Below are positions 24,944-37,530 of a stretch of DNA of 64,000 nucleotides, piece by piece. Positions within the stretch are counted from its first letter, which is position 1. The number at the start of each line of letters is the position of its first letter. Both the position numbers and the translations under genes were made by a program. Below the pieces are notes generated by a model. It saw only the letters and a program-made list of their open reading frames with translations, made no database searches and was not told the origin of the DNA. Source of the DNA: Podarcis melisellensis (lineage: Eukaryota). The stretch lies in NCBI GenBank assembly GCA_964234715.1, contig OZ174289.1. One strand, given 5' to 3'.

Positions 24944-25949
24944 GCAGCAGCACAAATGGAGCTGGAAATCTCAAACAGGTTTTACATCTCAGGTCTTACA
25001 AATTACAGCATGGGAGTTAACATTATCAGAGTTGCTACCACGTCATAGTTAAGGTCTGGGTGGAACGGTAAAATGAGATTATTTCCTTGATAGATGGTTT
25101 CCATTTATAGGCTACACAAACAAAGACAGCCAAGGCCTTCCACAACTCATTATATTTTGCTTTTTTTTTTGGAAGAGTTTACTGAGGTAAATGGCAGGAT
25201 TGGAGGATTCAGGGTTCTTTGCTATGCTAGTAAGTAGTGATTGCTCACACATCTCAGGGTGAAGACAGGTGGAGACAGAAATATGGCAAAAAAGGTCACA
25301 ACTTTATTATCTATTTAATAGCTCAGTATTTGCAGTAATAGGTAAACAATATTTGCAGTAATATGTAAACATTTGCTGTGGGCATTCACTTGGAAGGTAT
25401 AGTAAGGGTGCAATACAATTCCCTTTGTCTCTTCCCCTGGTTCAAAACCCAGGACCAGCCCATAAACTAGTGTGGACTTTTCATTGGCATACAGGGCCAG
25501 CCCAAGTTGAGGTGACCGCCTCACTGCCACAGTGACAGCAGCAGCTGTGGTGTGCTCTTTAGAGGCCATATCTGCTGCCACCTTGTCAGCCCTGCCCCAA
25601 TGCTGCCTCTGCAACAGTCTCCTGGCGACTAGAAGGTGCTGCTGGTTTCCTCCTATCTTTGTCCCCAATGTTGATCTTCACTCACTCCCTCTTGTTCTGG
25701 TGTGTGTGTATGTGTGTGGTGGTGGGGAGACACCACTTTGCAGTTTGTCTCAGGTGCCAAAATATATTGGGCCAGCCCAGTTGATATGTTACTATGGAGA
25801 TGAACTTAGGGGGCACCTGTTTTCCCTGTTCTGCCCTTAGGGCCCAACATTTCACAGGGGCATATCCTTCAAGTCCCAAGGCAAGATTCCCTGGATGCCT
25901 CCAGGTGCTTACCAGTGATTGCTATGGGAAACTAGTCCTAGTTTGCATT

Positions 25950-26085
25950 GAGGAAGTCTGGGATATCTCACTTAATCTCAGGGTTGTAGGTCTGAGCCCC
26001 ATGTCGGGCAAAAGATTCCTGCATTTCAGGGGATTGGACTAGATGACCCATGTTGTCCCTTCCAACTCAACAGTTCTATAGTTCT
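25950..26085 (+). mobile_element. tRNA-derived SINE with CR1-type tail
   Basis: Decayed B box, then AGATTCCTGCATT.CAGGGGATTGGACTAGATGACC...CCCTTCCAACTC, shared with CR1 3' ends in the window. Confidence 0.65.
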
Positions 26086-27426
26086 CACAATGCTAGCATT
26101 GTGACCAAAAAAGCTGCTATCGAAACACAGTCAGCCACACAGGGCCATCTAGTGCAGCATCCTGTTATCACAGTGGCCAACCAGATATCTGTTGGAAGCT
26201 TAGAAGCAGATCCCGAGCCCAATGATACCCTATCAACCAGCATTCAGAGGCAGATTGCCTCTGACAGAGGAGGCAGAACATAGCCACAATGGTTTGTGGC
26301 TATTGGTAGCCTTATCACCCATGAATTTGTCTAACCCTCTTTAAAAACCCATCAGGTTTTTGGCCAACACTATCTCTTGTGGGAGCAAATTCCATAGCAC
26401 CACATTTCTCTGCATGTACTGTCCTGAATCTTCCAACATTCAGCTTCACCGAATGGTCTCAAGTTCCAGTATATGAGAGATGGAGAAAAACTCCTCAGTG
26501 CATGAAATTGTTACTGCCTTGCTCTGTGTAGTAATCCAAGCAACAGTAGCTGAAGAATCAGAAAGTCTAAGCCACACTCAGAATGGCTGCTCGACAGCGA
26601 CATTGCTGTTTCAAATCAATTACTACGCCTGCAGATAGGCTTCGTATTTTTTACAGAACTGAACATCAGCCTACATTTCAAAATAATTTGACTTAAAGGT
26701 CTCAGGAAAAACTGTAAAATACCTAGAGAGCAGTGTGATGAGAATAACCAAGGCTGTGTGATTAAAGGGAACAATGAAAAAAAAATAGAGGAGGAAAAGG
26801 TCAATTGTAAGGAGAAATTACTAGCTTCACTTGCTGTTCTGTCTCCTATTTGTTGCCCACATCAAATTGACATATAGAGACTACGTACTGGGAATATAGT
26901 TTAATTGCACTGTAAGCTAGTAATTTCTCTTTACAGTCACATTGTGAAAGTGATCCATGAGGCATTTCCCCCCATATGATGTGGTGCCTCTGAGAAAGCT
27001 GGAGAGCAAAGAGCAAAGCTTATTCCACAGGTGCTGGGCACTTTGGACACCACACCCTTGAAGCCTTATGCATATGCATATACTAGAGTGCACTGAGAAG
27101 TACCTAACTGGAAGGATGAGCTGCTTCACAAGTACACTCACTTTTGCCCTCTTCAGGCATTTTTAAAGTATGTTAGGTTAAAGCACAAGGGAGGCGTACA
27201 ATAGGTGAATGTGCCATACCTCTGTCCCTGCTGCCATTTATATCGCCTTCCAGCTCATGGGTACTATTCATACTCAGAGATGCCCCCCCCCCTTATATTT
27301 TAGAACCCTGGAAATTCAAGGTGTCAAATTACACAGGGAGCACTCGTGGAATACACACAGTTCCCCTTTTGGAAGATTATAGATAACTGCAAGAGATTAA
27401 TGTTTGCTAAAAATATATATTTAATA

Positions 27427-27668
27427 CAGTGGTACCTCGGGTTAAGTGCTTAATTCGTTCCAGGGGTCCATTCTTAAGCTGAAACTGTTCTTAACCTGAA
27501 GCACCACTTTAGCTAACGGGGCCTCCTGCTGCTGCTGCACCGCTGGAGCACGATTTCTGTTCTCATCCTGAAGCAAAGTTCTTAACCTGAGGTACTATTT
27601 CTGGGTTAGCAGAGTTTGTAACCTGAAGCGTATGTAACCTGAAGCATATGTAACCCGAGGTACCACTG
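27427..27668 (+). mobile_element. pogo/Tigger-like MITE, copy 3
   Basis: TIRs plus TA duplication, 242 bp. Confidence 0.9.
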
Positions 27669-28813
27669 TATTAAGCTTTGTATTTCTTTTTATAAACCCT
27701 AATAAAATGCATTTTTTTAAAAAAAGGATAGTTAGGTGCTCTTGAAGAAATGGAATAAAATATTAGTGACTTGTATAGAACTGGATTTCTTCATCTGTTC
27801 CATTCCCCTCCACCTTTTACAGTGTGAAATTTGGCTTGACTGAGCAAGTGATGTCATCTTCTCATCAAGCTATCCTAGAGAAAGAAATCATTACACTAAT
27901 AAAAGGAAGCATCTTGGGATCTTTTGCTTTTTGTTCTGCTTTTCTCATCCCACCGAGATGTCTGTAATCATAGATGAAAGCAGAAACAATGCTCCATATG
28001 CTTGACAGCGACTGTAGGTTTGTGATATTCCTTGAAGAATAGCTTCTTCATCTCACCTTATTGACATCACTCATGCCCTGTTAAGCCCTCCAACCCTGTA
28101 TTTTACAGGGGCCGGGGGGGGGGGAAATCCTAGTCTCCTAGGTGTTGAAAAATAGTGTGAGTGTGTGGGACACACACACACACACATATTGTTCAGTGTT
28201 CATATCAGGAACCTAATTCTTCCTCCATCTTTTTCCAGCCTTGATTCATTTGCAGTCTTTATTATATGTTCTGAACATATACATAAGCATCTGCCTTGCT
28301 GCATTATTTCCCGTAGGAAAGAAAGGCTTCTGAGTTAATGTCCATGTATGTGAAGGGAGATTGTGTGACACATTCCAGGCAGGCAAATGTGCATAACCTA
28401 ATTGTTGGACTGTTTAGTGAAGGGTGTAGCCCTAAGATAGGGCATGGTCCTGAGCACCAACTAGAGAGGCCTGGAGGCCCAGCCCAAGGCCTAAGTTTCC
28501 CCATCCCTGCCCTACATATTTACTGTGTCCTCAGTTTGTACTGTGCGTGGACCAGAGATGACCCTGAGAATCTCTTATGACAACACAAGGTCACTGCTTC
28601 TGGTGTTTTGTTTTTTTCCCCCTCCTGTGGTGAGCCATGGCCTGCATTGACAATATTTGATTGGAGCATTTATCAACAGACACTTTTTAAAAATAAAGTG
28701 ATAAACTGCGCCAGGGGCGGGGGGATGCAGAGAACTGTTAAGACCCAAGAGAGCTTTGCTTACATAATGCCACTATTTAAGTCTCTTCAGACACAGTTTA
28801 AAATAAACAAGTA

Positions 28814-29055
28814 CAGTGGTACCTCAGGTTAAGTACTTAATTCGTTCCAGAGGTCCATTCTTAACCTGAAACTGTTCTTAACCTGAAGCACCACTTTAGC
28901 TAATGGGACCTCCTGCTGCCGCTGCGCCGCCGGAGCACAATTTCTGTTCTCATCCTGAAGCAAAGTTCTTAACCTGAAGCACTATTTCTGGGTTAGTGGA
29001 GTCTGTAACCTGAAGTGTATGTAACCTGAAGCATATGTGACCTGAGGTACCACTG
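28814..29055 (+). mobile_element. pogo/Tigger-like MITE, copy 4
   Basis: TIRs present; left TA intact, right TA reads CA; 242 bp. Confidence 0.9.
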
Positions 29056-29093
29056 CATGGAAGATGTGGATGACCAACAGCTGCACTTTTGTT

Positions 29094-30067
29094 TGTGAAG
29101 ACCCTCTAAACCACTCCCAAAAAATAAAAAACAAAAGACACATAATTTTAGTTTAAGGTTTTTGGCAATAATTTTGGCCACAACTTTATTGATTACAGCA
29201 TGTGAGTGGTTGCTTAGGCATGGTTCCAGACTACCTGAACCTGCACAGTGGCAGGAACAGGACAACTGGGCACCACCAGAAGTCAGTAAGGGAAAGCATT
29301 CTGGGGGAACATGAAGCTGACTTCAGTCTCTCAGCTCACCCCAGATGCTCCCAGGGACTCTGGTGTGGCCCTAGCCCCTTGACAGGGTTTGGATAAAAGC
29401 AAGGCGAGCCCCTGAATTCCTTTAACGGAATCCCCTAGCAGCAGCAGTGCAGGGGCAGGCAAAGCCAACCACTTCCCCTCCGTAAAACATTGAGCCAATG
29501 CCTAACCGCAGTGGCGTAGTGTGGGTTGTCAGCACCCGGGGCAAGGCAAGTAATTTGCACCCCCTAATCTGTGGATTTGCGCCCCCTAACCCTAACCCCC
29601 AGATGTTGCGCCCAGTGCAGCCGGCCCCCCCTGCACCCCCCACGCTACGCCACTGCCTAACCGCTGACCTTACAAAGTTGTGATGATCTGCTACACGGTA
29701 GACAAAAACCAAATGGCACCAGCCAATCAGCCAAATGGCTAAATTCCTACCGGGCCCCTGCTCCAAAAACAGGTGACCCCTAGACAGGCATAGCAAGGTC
29801 ATAAGAACAGCTCTAAAAATAGGGAAGGAGGGCAGGTGATCTGGTGCACGTCATGAAAAAGAGAAAGCTCCACCTGACGTGCAGCAGCTTAAATAGCCCC
29901 TTGGTTGCCAATCAGAGTCCCCAAACAGGCAAATTCTACCCCAGCAACCAAGGAGTAACCAATGGGGTGCTGAGGCTATCCAAACAGTCCCGCCCCAGCA
30001 ACAAGGAGGCAGTTTAGGTGATCTCACCACAACATGTGCCCTCCATGATGGAGGACATGATTAATCA
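29094..30067 (-). mobile_element. LTR-like element, family B, copy 1
   Basis: Collinear with 41808-42593 (AATTTTGGCCACAACTTTATTGATTACA; CCTTACAA.GTTGTGA.GAT.TGCTAC.CGG; CAGCCAATCAGCCAA). The minus strand has CCAAT boxes, TATTTAA and AATAAA, and ends in ACA. Confidence 0.7.
29509..29655. mobile_element. 147-bp hAT MITE nested in the LTR-like element
   Basis: TIR CAGTGGCGTAGTGTGGG / CCCACGCTACGCCACTG (1 mismatch); perfect 8-bp TSD CCTAACCG at 29501-29508 and 29656-29663. Confidence 0.92.
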
Positions 30068-31180
30068 TATTTAGTGCATTGGAGCTATAGCTTCATAGTT
30101 TCTATCGTTTCTGTTTTTGGAATGCTTGTTATTTGTTGGGAGATTTCTAAAGTCAAGCTTCTGTTTGCCTTGCAGATCTGAAAGAATTCTTCCTTCTACT
30201 TACATCACATTTTTGGGATGGTGGTTTCTAGGACGTTACCCCTAGCTGCACACCTACAATCTTGGGATGGCAGAAAATGACCCAAGAGGCTCGCAGAATT
30301 TTTAATTATGTAAGTTTACCAGAATTGGCAACAAGTTATTCTCTAAACTATAAGATCCATTTTGGGGACTATATTAAGCAAAGGTTACATGTGTATTTTG
30401 TCCAAATTAAATGCAAAGGAGAACCATAAAGTCTGTTATGAAATATCCATATATTGGCTAAACTCTTCATTTTATTTGCTGTAGGGGAAGGTCAAGAACT
30501 GTGAAGTTTTTGTTGGAAGTGCAAAGATTGTTCCATGTCCAATTTAAGGATTAATCCTGTTAATTTTCAAGTCAGCTAGCCAAGAGGGGGCAGGTGGAGG
30601 TTTTGCTTAGCAACCATAAAATTTGGTATCATGTGTCATGATTGGCTGTGTTGTTCTGAGGGAGTTCTCTGTATGTTTGGTTTTACCCCCTGCTATGTAA
30701 AAGGCAAAACTTCTCTGTGCATTTCTCTTCAGATTGCACATTGTTTGTTTAGTTTTGCTCAGTAAAGTGTTATCAGGATTCCATGTTCCCCTGTCCCCAG
30801 TCTGTAATCCATCTGTGTGTTTTTAAGGTATCTTGCTAACAATTTTCACCCAGCACCCCTTGAAACTGCGTTTATAGTCCTCTGAGATTTCTCAATAGAT
30901 AATACAGCAAATGACCATTCCTAGATCGTTTTCTTTGGACATGTAAAACCTCTGCCAAAGGTCTTTCACAGCAGTGCAGGGGAAGGCCTGTGCATGAGAG
31001 TTTGGAAAGTCAGTCATAATAGAAAATAGAGCACACTCCATCACACAAAAAGGAAAATTGAAATTCACGGAATGCTCAAAGCCACCCCTAGAAGCAAATT
31101 CTAATTTTGAGAATGGATGCATAGAATACACACAAAGGTGGATATAATTTTCATATGCTAACAATTTACCAATGATTAAA

Positions 31181-31337
31181 GTGGCACAGTGGGTCAGTTC
31201 CTCTAGCAGTTTACCAGAAGGTTGGTGGTTCGAACCCCCCCAGAGATGGCTCTGGGCAGGATTCCTGCATTGCAAAGGGTTGGACTAGTTGACCCTTGGT
31301 GTCCCTGCCAATGGTACAATTCCATGATTCTATGATT
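31181..31337 (+). mobile_element. tRNA-derived SINE with CR1-type tail
   Basis: A box GTGGCACAGTGG, B box GGTTCGAACCC, CR1-like tail ending in (ATTCTATG)-type repeats. Confidence 0.7.
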
Positions 31338-31887
31338 GTCACTGAGTTATGGGATTATATGCAAAGCGCTCTTTCTCTGTATATATCACTGTTTATATCT
31401 ATTATATCTATTGTAATTTTTTATGTTTTTAAACTATGATAGGCTTGTAACTTTTCTCAAACTGCATTATTTATTAATGCATTATATACTAGGGTTTTAG
31501 TTGATGTGTAAAATATCGACTTTATGATAAATATGGCATGTTAGCCATTTCATAATTTGTTTACTCTTGATGGCCCAAAAGGTTTCCACTATTGGAGGAA
31601 AGGGTTCTAAAAATAAGATTGTACATCAATATACAAACACAAATTATACCTCAAGATTATACATGCTATTCCTCACTCTCCTGCTGCCTAAATTTAGTTG
31701 ACAAATATCTACTTTTAAACTTCAATATCCTCATGTTAATTTTCTCTCTCTTCTAAAACTTAATAGCTTTCCTGTTCTCCTGATGGATGTCTTCTGTTAG
31801 CAAAATGACATCTATCCCATCCCACCCATTCTGTCTTACTGTTGCTGTTTATTTTTCGGCTGATCTTCATGCATTTTAAAACTTATT

Positions 31888-31933
31888 TGTGTGTGTGTGT
31901 GTTTTGTGTTGTGTTGTGTTGTGTTGTGTTGTG
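31888..31933. repeat. Compound (TG)n/(TTGTG)n microsatellite
   Basis: Read directly. Confidence 0.9.
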
Positions 31934-34024
31934 AAGTGTGTTTGAATGACATTTAAAATTTATTGTGGCCTTTTAAAAACAAATCATTGTTTTGGCTCTT
32001 TTGATTACGATTTTGCCAACCACCTTGGGTGTATATATACTCAGAATACAAATAATTTCAATAAATAAGAAATAATAGTGTGCCTGGAGACATGGGGAGC
32101 CTTAGCACCCTGCTGTTCCACATGAACTCGGCATCTGCAGAACCATGCCTCATTGCTCCTGATGATGCTTTGCAATTTTTCAGATTACTAAATTTCCCAT
32201 CTTCTGCTGGCATCAGAAGAGAAAACAACAACAAAAACCCCCAAACCTTTCATTTTCAGTCAGATCTAACTTTCCAGCTTAAAAAGAGAGAGAGAATAAG
32301 AAGTGGAGAGTCTATCTTATCATTGATACATGGGAAAGTGGAGCCACTGCAAGTAATTTCAATTAGTACTAATGGCCATCACCTCTGTAACTTCTTGAAG
32401 GACTGACGGAATAATAGACTCCAGGCTGCATTCAACAAAATCTCTTAACTTTTGATAAAATTGCAGACTGTCTCTCTCCAGTTTATCCATTTTCTCTGAC
32501 AGCTCATCCTTCTTTGTTGTGCTTTTTCCTCCCTCTTCCCCTCTCTCTTTCTGTTACTGTGTAATGCACTGAGTGTCTAGAGAGAGATTGTAAATGTTGA
32601 CCAATTCCATTTGCAGGTGTGCTTCTTCCATTCTCCCTTTTCTCCCTTATTATTGATTAGGTACACAATTCTACTCTCCCCCCATGCTTTCTTCTCCATC
32701 ACTGTTTTCAGTATATATAAACCTCCATCTGCTTGAATTTTGTCCGCTACTTTCCTCATTTATGGAGTTGTGCAATTTCAGTATTTAGAAGGATGCCATG
32801 ACAACAGGCTATCAAAATGATCCTAATGAAATCTCCTGCAAAGTTAGTTACTGTGTGTTGAACAAAGTATGTTTATCTAAATGCACCCCGCTTCAAAATG
32901 AGCACCGTACCCAAAGTCACGTTGCATAAGCAAAGAACCATATAACAGTATTTTATGGGCAAAATAAAAAGCAAATAGTAGAAGGAAGGTATGGTGGGCT
33001 GGGAGATAGGTACCAACTTTATCTTCCCCAGCCCTTTTCTTTAGCACATGAAAAACAATAGCCTGTTGAAGAAACCAGAAAGCTATCTGTGCCAATGAAG
33101 GACCACATCTGTAGCTGTTTTACAGAATGGAAGCCTATTTGTTTGGAGGACAACATTATCAATGGGTCAGTGGTGATAAGCCAGCCTCAGTGGGATGGCC
33201 TCAAAGGGGATGACACCAAAAGCAGGAAACCTCATTGGGTTGCTCCTTCAGGGTGGACTAGGGCACTCCCTGTGGGTGATTGGTTGCGGATGGCTTTGCT
33301 CTGAGATGAGACTGGAGCAGCATAGGAATGGGAACATGAATTAGCCCGGCTTCCAAGTCAAAAGTGAAATGCTGAGAAGCTGTATCTTTCATGAGAGCCT
33401 GAATGCAGCTTACGAAAACATACCCAGTGTGACTTGTGAATATTTGGTGGTTTTACTATTTATATTGTTTTGATTCATTTATTCTACTTCTACTGTATCT
33501 TTCTTTTGCATTAATATGCTGTTCATGCTTTTTGGTCCCCAAAGCAGTATATAAATAAATTATAACACAACAACAACAAAAACAACAAGTGAGATTAATG
33601 TGATTGAAACATCCCAGGCCCTGCATTCTAACAATGCCTGTATCTGAAACTTCTTGTGGGGAATAAAAAAATCGAACAGCATGTTGTACCAGTATTGTAG
33701 GGAGAACGCCTTGTGAATACCAGCTGCTGGGGGTCATGAATAAGAGAGTGTTATTGCATATAGGCCTTTCTTGTGGGCTTTCCAGAGACATTTGGTTGGC
33801 TACCTGCAAGATCATTTCCCCAAAACCAACAAGGCTGTTCTATTCTGATATGAAATAGATCATGGATAGTCAACATTATGCTCTCTCTATATTTTTGGAT
33901 TCCAGCTCCCACCATTCTTAGTCAGAATGGAAATAGTCTAGGATGTTGTATTCCTACTGCACCTAGAAGATACCATATTGGCTATTCCTGCTATAGATTA
34001 TCTGAGTCTTCCAAAAACAATATA

Positions 34025-34210
34025 ACATGTTGCAAAGCAGGAAAGAAGATTCTGACTAAACATCAGGAAGGGATTTCTGACTGTAAGAGCTATTTCACAG
34101 TGAATTGGACTATTTTGGAAGCTGGTGGACTCTACTTCATTCAGGTTTTTTAAACAGATGTTGGATGACCATCCGTCTCTGATTCCTGCATTGCAGGGGG
34201 TTGGACTAGA
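34025..34210 (+). mobile_element. CR1 LINE 3' end, running into the assembly gap
   Basis: GGTGGACTCTACTTCATTCAGGTTTTTAAACAGATGTTGGATGACCATC...GGGGTTGGACTAGA. Confidence 0.75.
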
Positions 34211-34353
34211 NNNNNNNNNNNNNNNNNNNNNNNNNNNNNNNNNNNNNNNNNNNNNNNNNNNNNNNNNNNNNNNNNNNNNNNNNNNNNNNNNNNNNNNNNN
34301 NNNNNNNNNNNNNNNNNNNNNNNNNNNNNNNNNNNNNNNNNNNNNNNNNNNNN
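34211..34353. other. Assembly gap (143 N)
   Basis: Run of N. Confidence 1.
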
Positions 34354-36563
34354 ATGAAAGCTGTGGGCATTTCAGTGATACCATACTTGCAGTCAAAGTT
34401 GTTATCCAAATAACTGAAGCATGCATTTATTTTTGGACACATGGTTACCCAAACATGATTCTACAGCATGAGCTGCAAAGCAGTTTGACAGCAGGGATGA
34501 GTAGATTGCATGAGAAATTAGCATTTTCCAGCTGAATCCAAGATTATCTCATCATCAAATATGTTTTCTAAAACTTTCAGCAACGTTGGCTTTGAGGATA
34601 CATAATTAATGCCATGCAATTGAGCATGCTTTCCTGATTAAATCAAGGTTTGAAATTTCATATTGGACAAATTACAGAAGAGTGGTCATGTTAGTTTGAT
34701 GTACTAACGCCTGACAACAGCAAGAACTGTCCTGTTGCACCTAAATGGCTATTGTTTACTGCAGAAGAAGCTTTGGAAAACAAGAAGACACCAAGAGGTA
34801 GGGAATTTCCAGCCCATGGGGGATCACAAGCTGATCTGCAAGATCATTTCCCCCAAACCAATGCCACCTGCCCATCAGCTGACATCACTTCTGACATCTA
34901 CTTCTGGGCAGGAAGTCAATCCTGAATTGACTGCACACTCCTGTTTCCAGTAGGGAACAGGAAGGCACAGCCAAACAGAGAAGAATTTAATGCCAGCCAT
35001 TCATCAGCTGATGAGTGGGGGTTAAATCCTGCTCCCTTCAGTAAGATTCCGTGGAAATCCCTTTATGATACAAGGAAGGGTTTTTGCATGGAATCCCCTG
35101 CTAAAGTGGCAAGGAAAACATTGATTTTAGCAGTGCTTTTGCAGGATGATTTGATGTCCTGACTTTATCTGTCCAGTTTGGCCCAGGAGGCCAATTCTGA
35201 TAAGGATTTGGCCTGTGGTGACAAAAAGATCATCCACCCTTCATCGACATGGAATCAGCCTAGAAATCTCACTGGTAAATTGTGACGAAGGGGCTCTATC
35301 ATGCACCACAGTGAGGAGTGAATAAGGGGCTGCATTATTGTCCACTTGTTTGAACTTGCACTTGTAAGCCTGATCACATTGCTTTCAGAAATCAGTATGG
35401 CTCAATGTCATTAGCTTGTGACCTACTAGTTAATGGAGCCTCTGTACCCACAATCTTCCCACACCCTTGTCATGGTGAGTGGGCTTGCATGTTCCTATGA
35501 CCCTTATGAGCGAAGCTGTCAGGAATCTTGTACTCTCAGCAGGGTCACCCAAGGTGGTACGGTCAAGGGGAAGGAGCTAGACAAAGAATGATCCAAGAAG
35601 TCCTCAACGGCAGAACCGGTGGATAATAACAAGTGGTACGTTACAACGGCTGTGAAGGCGGATGAAGGCTGCAGCAGATAGGAATCTACCAGTTTGTTGT
35701 GACTACTTCATGCCATCAGAACAGAACTCTACTGCGAAGACTGTGCATTGGTCAGCGTGCACTGATCTACACACATAAAACAAATCCACACACAAGCGTC
35801 TTCCAAAAACCCAGCCCAAAGTCCCATGGCGATTGGCAAATGGTAACGGGGGCAGGATCGTGAAATCTGGAAGCCCCTAGTCATGAACCGGCACATGGGT
35901 GGTGGATACAGATTCAGTCATTCTGACTCAAGGAATGAGGCAGTTGAGCAGCTTGGCAGCTGTATCCATGACTGAGCAGCCCTTTTTAGGATCCACTCTG
36001 CTCACCCCGAAAAGGTGGAGGGGTTAGAAAAGATGCCCTAAACATAGTCTGCCTCCCCTTTTCCCTGACTGGATCACTGTGCCCAGTGAGGTCACCCAGC
36101 GGTCATAAAAGACAATTGAACTTTGGAACATGGAATATACAGACTTTGTCAGATAACACAGACTGCAAGCATCCTGAACGCAGAACTGCCATCATTGCAA
36201 GAGAGCTGTGACATTTTAACATCGATATTGCAGTGCTTCAAAGGACTCAAAGAGCAAGCGAGGGACAACTGAAGGAAGAAAAAGGAGGCTACACTTTCTT
36301 CTAGAAAGGTCTATCTGAACAAGAACATCAAATACATGGGGTAGGCTTTGCTATCAAAAACCATCTTGTGAAGCTCCTGTCAGAAGTCCCTACAGGCATT
36401 AATGAGCGACTCACAACCCTTCGAATAAAAGTCACCAAAACCCAACAGGATACTATTATAAGCACTTATGCACCGACACTGAATGCCGATGAAGTCATTA
36501 AAGAAAAAATTTACTCTCAGCTGGATACCGTCCTATCAGAGACGCCTAAGGAAGATAAAATTA

Positions 36564-37530
36564 GCCCTGTCACTCATGTGACCCCGCAGAGGCAGGGGTG
36601 GGATGCAGCGGCAGCTCGGACTCTGAACCTCCTCAGGCTCGCCTGTGTTTCCCGCAAGGAGGCGGTGGCCATGGAGGCGGAGGAGAGGCCCAATCCCACA
36701 TGTTTGCCATCGGATGCAGCATGGGCCCGCTAATGCACTTCTGGTATCTGTGGCTTGACTGCACCTTCCCCGCTGCCAGCTTCAGCGGGATCCGCAGCAT
36801 CCTCAAGAAGGTTTTCATCGACCAGATAGTGGCCTCCCCAGCGCTGGGAGTTTGGTACTTCTTGGGGATGGGTTCTCTGGCAGGGCAGAAGCTGGACCAG
36901 AGCTGGCAAGAGTTGGAGGACAATTTCTGGGAGTTCTGTTAGATGGACTGGCACGTGTGGCCCCCGGTGCAGCTGATCAACTTCTTCTTCCTGCCCGCCG
37001 CATACCGGGTGCTCTACATGAACGTCATCACCCTCGGCTGGAACACCTACCTGTCGTACCTGAAGCACCGGCCTAAGCACCCATCACTCAGTGTGGAGGA
37101 AAAGAAGAAACCGACACAGTCGAGATCGAAATGACCGGGTGAACAAGGGCCACTCACTTCCACCAAGGTTGGATCCAGGACTCCGTGGGTGCCGGAGCCA
37201 GCTTTGCGCTCCACCATATTGGTGGCTGGATCTGGGAAGCAGCAGCCCTCTCTATTCCCAGCCGAGGCTTTGACTCCCTCTTCCAGCAGTGCCTTGCATC
37301 CCGAAACAGAGCCAGAGAACTTCAGGGTTGGGGGGCAGATTTGGCATGGGTGTGGGCATCTCCTGACTGCGAACCCCGGTCCTTCCCAATTCATTTGAAA
37401 GTGCTAGATCTTTTTGCGCTTCCCAATTGAAGAAAAAGCAGGTTGCCTTTTTTTGGATGCTGCTGCCAAGACAGGTGCTTCTCTCTGCCGCTAGCACCTC
37501 TGGTTGCTGTTGGGTCAAGGTGGTTTGTCC
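36564..37530 (+). pseudogene. MPV17L2: Processed pseudogene (retrocopy) of Mpv17-like protein 2; coding homology ~36695-37134, then 3' UTR
   Basis: Intronless [20 protein letters not shown]...[21 protein letters not shown]...[23 protein letters not shown]...[22 protein letters not shown] matches recalled MPV17L2 (Mpv17/PMP22 family). In-frame TAG at 36940-36942; the N-terminal ~60 aa are missing. Confidence 0.92.

Noticed and set aside
6614-29055. CRISPR-like array from recurring GTAACCTGAAG units
   Set aside because: These are subterminal repeats of dispersed MITEs in a eukaryote; no spacer structure and no cas genes.
29584-29599. Interstitial telomere
   Set aside because: Only about two CCCTAA units, inside a MITE.
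33998-34535. ORFs spanning the X run
   Set aside because: Artefacts of the N gap.
36368-36733. 121-aa ORF as a functional RTE-MPV17L2 fusion protein
   Set aside because: It crosses the insertion junction by chance, is out of frame with MPV17L2, starts at GTG, and the upstream endonuclease frame has stops.
36598-37134. Functional MPV17L2 gene
   Set aside because: Intronless, N-terminus missing, in-frame TAG at 36940-36942, embedded in a LINE.
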